A stretch of 33,114 bases of DNA from NCBI GenBank assembly GCA_031383585.1, contig JANMZU010000033.1, positions 1-33,114 on the forward strand, read 5' to 3'. The stretch comes from Betaproteobacteria bacterium (GTDB taxonomy: Bacteria > Pseudomonadota > Gammaproteobacteria > Burkholderiales > Usitatibacteraceae). This document shows positions 9,267-15,769 of this stretch, in pieces; position 1 is the first letter of the stretch; each line of letters opens with the position of its first letter. Under the pieces are notes generated by a model. That model searched no databases, was not told where the DNA came from, and saw nothing but the letters and a program-made list of their open reading frames with translations. Position numbers and translations under genes: made by a program.

Positions 9267-10226
9267 TCAGAAGTAGCCTTCCTTTTTCCTCAATTCCATC
9301 GACGCATCCGACGTCTGGTCGTCCATGCGCGTGGCGCCGCGTTCAGTGATTCGGCTAACCGCGGTTTCGACCAGAATTTCTTCAATGGTCGCTGCATCAG
9401 AAAGTACCGGGCAGGTACAGGTGATATCACCCACCGTGCGAAAGCGTACGCTGCGCAGCACTGGCGCCTCGCTATCGCGTGGCGGCGTTAGAGCCGTAAT
9501 GGGAGCCAGCAAGCCACTGCGTTCCACGACCAAACGCTCGTGGGCGTAGTAGATACTTGGGACGGCCAGCTTTTCACGAGCAATGTATTGCCAGACGTCA
9601 AGCTCGGTCCAGTTGGAAATAGGAAAGGCACGGAAGTGTTCGCCTTTGTGCAAGCGCGCGTTGTACAAATCCCAAAGCTCAGGACGCTGGTTCTTCGGGT
9701 CCCATTGACCAAATTCGTCGCGATGAGAGAGGATGCGTTCCTTGGCGCGGGCTTTTTCCTCGTCTCGGCGGGCGCCACCAAACAGCGCATCGAATTCAAA
9801 TTCGCGGATGCTGTCCAGCAGAGCGACGGTCTGATGGACGTTGCGGCTCTCATCTTCCCGCCGCAGCACGACACGGCCAGCATTGATGGAGTCCTGAACC
9901 GAACGCACGATCAGCTTCTCGCCCAATTCAAGCGCACGAAGATCCCGGAAGGCGATCACCTCTGGGAAATTGTGTTCGGTATCGATGTGCAGCAGCGGAA
10001 ACGGGAAGCGGTCCGGACGGAATGCCTTCTCAGCCAGGCGCAGCATGACGATGGAATCCTTGCCGCCGGAGAACAGCAGCGCGGGATTTTTTGTCTCGGC
10101 CACCACTTCGCGCATGATGTGGATAGCCTCGGATTCGAGCCAATCCAGGTGGTGGCTGTCTGGAGTTTCGCTGGGCGACGCAACTAACGTTTTAGTTTGA
10201 TCTTGCTTATTCAACACGGCACTCAT
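9267..10226 (-). CDS. cysD: Sulfate adenylyltransferase subunit 2
   Basis: LDWLESEAIHIMREVVAE...LLFSGGKDSIVMLRLAEKAF...PLLHIDTEHNFPE shows the PAPS-reductase-fold ATP pyrophosphatase motif SGGKDS typical of CysD. Its ATG overlaps the cysH TGA (ATGA at 10223..10226). Confidence 0.95.
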   Translation of the reverse strand: MSAVLNKQDQTKTLVASPSETPDSHHLDWLESEAIHIMREVVAETKNPALLFSGGKDSIVMLRLAEKAFRPDRFPFPLLHIDTEHNFPEVIAFRDLRALELGEKLIVRSVQDSINAGRVVLRREDESRNVHQTVALLDSIREFEFDALFGGARRDEEKARAKERILSHRDEFGQWDPKNQRPELWDLYNARLHKGEHFRAFPISNWTELDVWQYIAREKLAVPSIYYAHERLVVERSGLLAPITALTPPRDSEAPVLRSVRFRTVGDITCTCPVLSDAATIEEILVETAVSRITERGATRMDDQTSDASMELRKKEGYF

Positions 10227-10975
10227 GCTGTTACCTCAAGCCTTGATTTTAAACCACTGATATCAACAGCCTTCACATGCAGACCACATTCCTGCTGGCC
10301 GCCCAAGCCTGTCTGTTCCCACCACCAGCGCCCCGCTCGCGGATCTTCATCAGGCTTCACGGCGCGAGTGCATGGTTCGCAGCCGATGCTCGGATAACTT
10401 TTGTCATGCAAGGCGTTGTATGGCACGTCATTGGCACGTATATAAGCCCAGACATCGTTCTCGGTCCAATCGATTAATGGATTGAACTTGGTGAGCTTGT
10501 GATCGGCATCGAATTCGGATTCGCCCAGATCGCTGCGCGATGGTGCCTGCTCGCGGCGCAGGCCGGTCAGCCAGGCTTTCTTCAATGCCAGCGCTCGATT
10601 AAGCGGCTCGACCTTGCGGATGTAGCAGCAAGACTTGCGGTTTTCCACGCTTTCGTACATCGAGAAGAGGCCGTTGCGCTTCACGAAATCCTCGGCCACT
10701 TCAAAGATGGGCGTGTACGTGGCGAGACGAAAGCCATATTTCTTACGGACGATATCGATCAGCGAACGCGTCTCTTTCGGCAGGCGCAAGGTATCCAGCG
10801 TGAAAATCTGAATACCGGGAAACTCGCGTGCGATTAGGTCTGTGAGGACCATGTCTTCCGCACCGAAACTGTTGGCAAAGCACGCTGGCGAGAACTCGCG
10901 CTCGATTCGGGCGAGCAAACCACGCAATTTGCTGACTTTGCCTGCCAGCGCAAGGTTTGAGACGATTGTTGCCAT
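10223..10975 (-). CDS. cysH: Adenosine 5'-phosphosulfate (APS) reductase, Fe-S type CysH
   Basis: This is the C-terminal 250 aa of track ORF 10223..11320, starting at the ATG at 10975 (MATIVSNL...). It carries the CC pair (SCCYIRKV), a CxxC motif (GCEPCT) and the catalytic ECGLH tail. That combination marks [4Fe-4S] APS reductases rather than PAPS reductases. The upstream track extension is Arg/Gly-rich junk overlapping the DUF934 gene. Confidence 0.9.
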   Translation of the reverse strand: MATIVSNLALAGKVSKLRGLLARIEREFSPACFANSFGAEDMVLTDLIAREFPGIQIFTLDTLRLPKETRSLIDIVRKKYGFRLATYTPIFEVAEDFVKRNGLFSMYESVENRKSCCYIRKVEPLNRALALKKAWLTGLRREQAPSRSDLGESEFDADHKLTKFNPLIDWTENDVWAYIRANDVPYNALHDKSYPSIGCEPCTRAVKPDEDPRAGRWWWEQTGLGGQQECGLHVKAVDISGLKSRLEVTA

Positions 10976-11499
10976 CACACCAGCTCCGGAACCCGGCGGC
11001 GCCTGAATAGCGGCAGTGGCTGGTCGACCGAGCCCTGATAGGTGACCGAAAAATCCTTGAGCGCCTTCAGCGCGTCGTGAATATCCTTGTCTGCCCGTAC
11101 TGCGAAAGCGTTGAAGCCGACACGCTGCATGTAAAACAATTGATCCCGCAGCACGTCGCCGATTGCCCGCAGCTCGCTTTTGTAGCCATAGCGGCTGCGC
11201 AGCAATGCCGCAATCGAATAGCCGCGCCCGTCGGCGAACTTTGGAAAGTTCACTGCGATTACGGCAAAGTTGCTCAAGGCGTTGGCTATATTGGCCGCAT
11301 CCTGATTGCTGTCCAACCAAACACCGATTGGTTGTTTACGTTCGATCAGCGCGTCGGTCTGTGCTAACCAGACGTTTAGAGGCACGATCAACTTGCCATC
11401 GGGCAGATGGGCAGCGGCACCCTCTGCAATAGCCGGCACCAGTTGCCAGTCGTCGGCGATCACTTCGCGATCGCGGATGATGTAGCACACCTCAGACAT
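10975..11499 (-). CDS. DUF934 family protein (sulfite-reductase-associated, function unknown)
   Basis: This is the C-terminal 174 aa of track ORF 10975..11679, starting at the ATG at 11499 (MSEVCYIIRDREVIADDWQLV...FPKFADGRGYSIAALLR...). This matches my recollection of the DUF934 family that follows cysI in proteobacteria. The ATG overlaps the cysI stop by 8 nt. Its own TGA shares one base with the cysH ATG (TGATG). Confidence 0.8.
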   Translation of the reverse strand: MSEVCYIIRDREVIADDWQLVPAIAEGAAAHLPDGKLIVPLNVWLAQTDALIERKQPIGVWLDSNQDAANIANALSNFAVIAVNFPKFADGRGYSIAALLRSRYGYKSELRAIGDVLRDQLFYMQRVGFNAFAVRADKDIHDALKALKDFSVTYQGSVDQPLPLFRRRRVPELV

Positions 11500-13180
11500 T
11501 TGCGGCCTCCGATACAGGGTGGCTGGCTTTCCTGTCGTAGACGCGCGCCCTGAAGGGCTCGATGCCAACCCGCTTTGCGGTATCCAGAAAATGCTCATCC
11601 TCGTGTCGCAGTTCGACATATGTCGCGATGAGCTTTTCCACAACGTCGGCCATATCATCCTGCGCGAAGGAGGGACCAATCACTTTCCCAAGTGCGGCAT
11701 CCAGTCCTTGCGAGCCGCCGATAGTCACCTGATAAAACTCCGCGCCGTGCTTGTCTACGCCGAGGATACCGATATGACCCACATGATGATGGCCGCAGGC
11801 ATTCATGCAGCCGGAAATGTTGATTGCGATGTCGCCGATATCGAACAGATAGTCGAGATCATCAAAGCGGCGCTGTATCGCTTCGGCCACGGGAATGGAT
11901 TTGGCGTTTGCGAGCGAGCAAAAGTCGCCGCCGGGGCAGGCGATGATGTCCGTCAGCAGGCCGATGTTGGGCGTGGCAAAACCGATTTCCTTCGCTTTCT
12001 CCCATACCGCAAACAGGTCGGATTTCTTTACGTCGGCCAGAATCAGGTTTTGTTCGTGGGAGACACGGACTTCGCCAAAGCTGAAGCGGTCAGCTAGATC
12101 AGCGACAGCATCGAGTTGTGTGTCGGTGGCGTCCCCAGGCGCTATACCGGTCTTTTTCAGCGACAACGTGACCGCAGCGTATCCCGCTTGCTTGTGGCCG
12201 AATACATTGCGCGATACCCAGCGGGCAAAGGCCTTGTTCTCAAGTTGATAATTTTCAAATTCAGCATTGATAGCCGGCAGAACTGCGTATTGCGGATCGA
12301 CAAAGAACGCTGCGACGCGATCAATTTCACCCTGCGTCAGTGTTGATACGCCGTCTTTGAGATTCATCCATTCGGCTTCAACTTCCGTAGTAAATTGGGC
12401 GAGTCCCAATTCCTTAACCAATATCTTGATTCGCGCCTTGTACATATTGTCGCGACGGCCGAAGCGGTTATACACACGCAGGATTGCGTCCAGATAGGTA
12501 AAAAGATGTTCACGGGGCAGATATTCACGAACGACATGACCGAGAATTGGTGTGCGTCCGAGTCCGCCGCCAACCAGAATCCGGAACCCGACTTCGCCAG
12601 CGGCATCGCGCACAGCGTGCACGCCGATGTCGTGGAACAAGGTACCGGCGCGGTCCTCAATGGCGCCGTTGACCGCAATTTTGAATTTACGCGGCAGATA
12701 CGCAAATTCAGGATGGAATGTGGACCACTGTCTGATTAACTCCGCGTACGGACGTGGATCGACGAGCTCGTCATAGGCGATTCCGGCAAATTGGTCCGAC
12801 GTGGTGTTGCGGATGCAGTTGCCTGACGTCTGGATGGCGTGCATTTCCACGCTGGCGAGGTCGGCAAGGATATCGGGTACAGCTTCAAGCTTGGGCCAGT
12901 TGTACTGGATATTCTGGCGCGTCGTGAAGTGGGCATAGCCACGATCATATTTACGCGCGATCTCGGCAAGCATCCGTAGCTGGTGTGTGGAAATCAGGCC
13001 ATACGGGATGGCCACACGCAGCATCGGCGCATGCTTTTGAATGTACAAGCCATTTTGCAGGCGCAATGGCCGGAACTCGTCCTCGGTCAGCTCACCTGCC
13101 AGATAGCGCCGTGTTTGATCACGAAACTGTGCGACGCGTTCGTCAACAATGATTTGGTCGTATTGATCGTATTTGTACAT
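11492..13180 (-). CDS. cysI: Sulfite reductase hemoprotein (siroheme/[4Fe-4S], NirA/CysI family)
   Basis: 562 aa with two nitrite/sulfite reductase repeats. The Cys cluster ligands are ...ACPGGDFC... and ...SGCMNACGHHHVGHIGILG. It is the first gene of the cysI-DUF934-cysH-cysD-cysN-cobA unit. Confidence 0.93.
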   Translation of the reverse strand: MYKYDQYDQIIVDERVAQFRDQTRRYLAGELTEDEFRPLRLQNGLYIQKHAPMLRVAIPYGLISTHQLRMLAEIARKYDRGYAHFTTRQNIQYNWPKLEAVPDILADLASVEMHAIQTSGNCIRNTTSDQFAGIAYDELVDPRPYAELIRQWSTFHPEFAYLPRKFKIAVNGAIEDRAGTLFHDIGVHAVRDAAGEVGFRILVGGGLGRTPILGHVVREYLPREHLFTYLDAILRVYNRFGRRDNMYKARIKILVKELGLAQFTTEVEAEWMNLKDGVSTLTQGEIDRVAAFFVDPQYAVLPAINAEFENYQLENKAFARWVSRNVFGHKQAGYAAVTLSLKKTGIAPGDATDTQLDAVADLADRFSFGEVRVSHEQNLILADVKKSDLFAVWEKAKEIGFATPNIGLLTDIIACPGGDFCSLANAKSIPVAEAIQRRFDDLDYLFDIGDIAINISGCMNACGHHHVGHIGILGVDKHGAEFYQVTIGGSQGLDAALGKVIGPSFAQDDMADVVEKLIATYVELRHEDEHFLDTAKRVGIEPFRARVYDRKASHPVSEAANV

Positions 13181-13270
13181 ATATGGTTCGCATCACTACT
13201 GTCTGCGGGACTCAGAAAGTGGTGAATCGGTCGCATCCTCTATTGGCAGGTAAGAATGGTAACGCCAGCC

Positions 13271-13327
13271 TTATATATAGATAAATACTTTATTTCTATT
13301 TTATATACCGAATTGTAATATTGAAAT
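13271..13327 (-). promoter_or_regulatory. AT-rich island with an imperfect dyad upstream of cysI (candidate promoter or CysB-type activator site)
   Basis: The 57-nt stretch ttatatatagataaatactttatttctattttatataccgaattgtaatattgaaat has only 8 G/C by hand count, against a much GC-richer background. It contains TATATATAGA (13272..13281) and TCTATTTTATATA (13295..13307) as an imperfect inverted repeat. It lies 90-145 nt upstream of the cysI ATG. No exact -35/-10 pair could be fixed. Confidence 0.35.
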
Positions 13328-13468
13328 CCCGCACTTCGTGCTCCCTGCCTGCTGCGCGGTGTTTTTTGAGAAAGCGAAATGCCTTTCGAACAGCTGCGCA
13401 TTGTCATGACGCTCACGCTAGCGCTGTCGATTGCATCAGACCGTTCGTGCCGTCTGCGATCCGACCAA

Positions 13469-14380
13469 TTACTGCTTTGGCGCCCTAAGCAATTTGGGAT
13501 CGAACTGTTTAAGCAGAGGACCCAGCTGGTGCAAAAACGCGGTCAGCGCCGATGTGCGCCGCCAAATCATTGCAATGCGCCGATGCGGGGCCGGTTCGCT
13601 GAATGGAATCAGGCAAATGCCGGGCGAATTTGGCGCTGGCGAATGGACCGATAGTGCGGGAAGCAATGTAATACCGACGTTGGCACTGACCATGTGACGC
13701 AATGTCTCAAGACTCGTCGCGCGAAAACCCGGCTTTTCCGTGGCGCCCGTCATCGCGCAAACTTCTAGCGCCTGATCGCGCATGCAGTGTCCGTCATCGA
13801 GCAGCAGCAAGCTTTCAAGGGAGAGGTCTGCCAGTTTCACGCGTTTTGCCTTTGCCAGACGGTGATGCTTTGGCAACGCAAGGACGAAGGCTTCCTCAAA
13901 CAAAAATTCCGCATGAAGCGTGTCATCGTGAATCGGTAGTGCCAGCAGCCCTGCGTCAAGCTCACCGTCGTGCAGTTTTTTCAGAATGGCATCGGTCTTG
14001 TCCTCCACCAGAATCAATTCGAGTTTCGGAAATTTCTTGACGATTTCTGGAACAACATGTGGCAGAAGATATGGCGCAAGTGTCGGGAAAATGCCGATGC
14101 GAACAGTGCCGGCTTCAGGATCCTTTGCGCGTCGCGCAATCGCCTTGATTTCATCGGCTTCGCGCAGGATTATCTTGGCACGTCTCACCACAGCTTCGCC
14201 GACTTCCGTCAGTAAAACATTGCGTGGATTGCGCTCCACCAGCGCCATCCCGAGTTCATCTTCAAGTTTTTTGAGTTGTGTCGACAGCGTCGGCTGGGAA
14301 ACAAAACTGGCTTCGGCGGCACGTCCAAAATGTTTGTGGTCGGCCAATGCGACCAGATAGCGCAAGTCACGCAAGTTCAT
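13469..14380 (-). CDS. oxyR: Hydrogen-peroxide-sensing LysR-type regulator OxyR
   Basis: The sequence is near-collinear with E. coli OxyR as I recall it: MNLRDLRYLVALADHKHFGRAAEASFVSQPTLSTQLKKLEDELG...LLLLDDGHCMRDQALEVC...FRATSLETLRHMV. By my count the redox cysteines fall at exactly residues 199 and 208. Confidence 0.9.
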   Translation of the reverse strand: MNLRDLRYLVALADHKHFGRAAEASFVSQPTLSTQLKKLEDELGMALVERNPRNVLLTEVGEAVVRRAKIILREADEIKAIARRAKDPEAGTVRIGIFPTLAPYLLPHVVPEIVKKFPKLELILVEDKTDAILKKLHDGELDAGLLALPIHDDTLHAEFLFEEAFVLALPKHHRLAKAKRVKLADLSLESLLLLDDGHCMRDQALEVCAMTGATEKPGFRATSLETLRHMVSANVGITLLPALSVHSPAPNSPGICLIPFSEPAPHRRIAMIWRRTSALTAFLHQLGPLLKQFDPKLLRAPKQ

Positions 14381-14450
14381 GTTTTTCGCCTTTTCGCTTT
14401 TCTCGTCATCGCGTTCGCTGTGATGAATCCAGTCGAGACGTTAAAAATGC

Positions 14451-14474
14451 TGATTCACATTCTAGATGGAATCA
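14451..14474. promoter_or_regulatory. Inverted repeat TGATTC-N12-GAATCA in the oxyR divergent promoter region (candidate OxyR operator)
   Basis: tgattc (14451..14456) and gaatca (14469..14474) are perfect inverted arms. On the minus strand the spacer contains TAGAAT (14459..14464), a good -10 hexamer about 80 nt upstream of the oxyR ATG. LysR regulators usually autoregulate from a dyad overlapping their own promoter. Confidence 0.35.
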
Positions 14475-14509
14475 TCGTGAACCGCTATAAGGCATCAATC
14501 GCAGAAGCC

Positions 14510-14527
14510 AAGCTGAATATTCAGCTT
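14510..14527. repeat. 18-bp perfect palindrome AAGCTGAATATTCAGCTT
   Basis: Checked base by base: the reverse complement is identical and the flanks (c/t) do not extend it. It ends 44 nt upstream of the ATG of the small CDS at 14572. It could be a DNA operator, or a 7-bp/4-nt-loop RNA hairpin followed by UUUA in the leader. Confidence 0.6.
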
Positions 14528-14571
14528 TTAGCGGGCAGACGGCAAATGGAGAATCGCGCTAAACTCATCAC

Positions 14572-14784
14572 ATGCAAAAATTCGGCTTTCGCATCCAGAC
14601 ACGCTCCGGCATGACCGTTGACAATCTGACTATTCAGGGCATTGATCAGGCTCAGGCTGAGTTGAAGCTTCGACAGATGTATCACCATTGCACGATCCAG
14701 GAGTGCAAAGTTGTTGAAGATACATTTCGTGGCGATGGTACCGATCTGGAAGGCGCGATTGGCCTTATTGTCGGAAAAGAATAA
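14572..14784 (+). CDS. Small hypothetical protein (70 aa) with HHCx4C motif
   Basis: ORF MQKFGFRIQTRSGMTVDNLTIQGIDQAQAELKLRQMYHHCTIQECKVVEDTFRGDGTDLEGAIGLIVGKE. Composition and codon choice look protein-like, and it fills an otherwise empty gap divergent from oxyR. No convincing Shine-Dalgarno sequence lies within 12 nt of the ATG (GGAG is about 22 nt upstream). I do not recognise the family. Confidence 0.5.
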   Translation: MQKFGFRIQTRSGMTVDNLTIQGIDQAQAELKLRQMYHHCTIQECKVVEDTFRGDGTDLEGAIGLIVGKE

Positions 14785-14798
14785 GCGGCGCGCGCCGC
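14785..14798 (-). terminator. GC palindrome GCGGCGCGCGCCGC between convergent genes (possible terminator for the parA-like gene)
   Basis: A perfect 14-nt palindrome sits between the small CDS stop (14782..14784) and the parA-like stop (14812..14814). Read on the minus strand it is followed by TTATTCTTTT. The stem is short (about 5 bp with a 4-nt loop), so the call is weak. Confidence 0.35.
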
Positions 14799-14811
14799 CT
14801 ACGCTCAAAAC

Positions 14812-15585
14812 TCAGGCGGCGAGTGCGAGAAAATCGCTCGCCTTGAGCTCTTCGTACAACGACTGATAATCCTGGGCACCGCGACTGCCCGGTGCGTGCT
14901 CAAATACATCCGTTTCTGCAAACGGACTCTCTGCCAGCGATACACTTTCGGCGATCCGCGTTTCGCATAATTCACTGCCAAATCTTTCGCTGAAGGTAGT
15001 GAGGATGTCCCAAGACATTTTGCGACGTGCATCGAATCGCGTGATGACATACCGACGCTCGATGCGCTTTTTCATGACCGGCCCCAGCGCGTTAAGCGCT
15101 TTTTCCACTTGAATCGCTCCCTTGACGGCGAGGTAATCGGCAGAGACGGGCACCAGAACCTTATCGGCCGCAAAAATAGCTGAAAGTGATAACACACCGA
15201 GCATAGGGCAGCAGTCCATGATCACTGGGCGCACACCATTGAGGTTTTCGCGGATCAATGCAAGCTTGAGACGATTCAGAATGTTTGGACCTTTGCCAAA
15301 TTGAGTATCCACTTTGGCCAACTCAAGGTGCGCAGGCAACAGGCTCCAGTTACGATCCGTCTGGCGAACCAGTTCACTTAAAAGCTTGTTTTCACTAAAA
15401 AACGCGTACATGCTGGTTTCACCAGTTGCAGGGGCGCATCCACTCAACGACGAAAGGTGTGCCTGTGGATCCAGATCGATCGCCAATGGCGCTTCGCCTG
15501 CACGAGCGAGCGCCGCCGCAAGATTGAGCACGGTGGTGGTCTTGCCAACACCGCCTTTTTGGTTGAAGACTGCGATACGGGGCAT
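14812..15585 (-). CDS. ParA/Soj-family P-loop ATPase (orphan, no adjacent parB)
   Basis: Deviant Walker A with the signature lysine (FNQKGGVGKTTTVLNLA), Walker A' (IDLDPQ) and Walker B (VIMDCCP). The protein is 257 aa. No ParB-like or centromere-like gene lies on either side. Confidence 0.85.
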   Translation of the reverse strand: MPRIAVFNQKGGVGKTTTVLNLAAALARAGEAPLAIDLDPQAHLSSLSGCAPATGETSMYAFFSENKLLSELVRQTDRNWSLLPAHLELAKVDTQFGKGPNILNRLKLALIRENLNGVRPVIMDCCPMLGVLSLSAIFAADKVLVPVSADYLAVKGAIQVEKALNALGPVMKKRIERRYVITRFDARRKMSWDILTTFSERFGSELCETRIAESVSLAESPFAETDVFEHAPGSRGAQDYQSLYEELKASDFLALAA

Positions 15586-15662
15586 CTCTTATCCCTGGAA
15601 ACGCTGCAATCCATGATGCTGAAGGAAAATTGCACAACGATTAAATGAAATTAAAACACGAA

Positions 15663-15692
15663 TTTATATATATACCAACCGCTTATCGGCAA
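15663..15692 (-). promoter_or_regulatory. Candidate sigma70 promoter of the parA-like gene
   Basis: The minus strand reads TTGCCG (15692..15687), 16-18 nt of spacer, then TATATA/TATAAA (within 15663..15672). This sits about 80-100 nt upstream of the ATG at 15585, in the only AT-rich patch of this intergenic region. Confidence 0.3.
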
Positions 15693-15769
15693 ATCATGAG
15701 AATTTATGTTAGGTACCAGTAATGGCCCACCCTCCGAGCGACACGAAAAATCATGATTATGTGGATGAA

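Noticed and set aside
13181-13270. Small ORF in the cysI leader (ATG CGA CCG ATT CAC CAC..., about 50 codons, out of frame with cysI), considered as a possible leader peptide.
   Set aside because: It has no properly spaced Shine-Dalgarno sequence. It is not enriched in Cys or Met codons and runs far into cysI out of frame. It has no attenuator-like architecture.
13329-13367. A T6 run (13362..13367) preceded by the GCAC-TTC-GTGC hairpin, as a possible plus-strand terminator or sRNA 3' end.
   Set aside because: The stem is only 4 bp and is separated from the T run by about 20 nt. No plus-strand gene or promoter lies upstream.
14510-14527. Matching the 18-bp palindrome to known operators (ARG box, LexA box, Fur/Zur box, NrdR box).
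   Set aside because: TGAAT and ATTCA abut with no 4-nt spacer, so it is not an ARG box. CTG-N6-CAG has the wrong spacing for CTGT-N8-ACAG, so it is not a LexA box. I see no GATAAT-type repeats (Fur or Zur) and no ACACnAnATnTnGTGT pattern (NrdR). The palindrome is therefore reported as unassigned.
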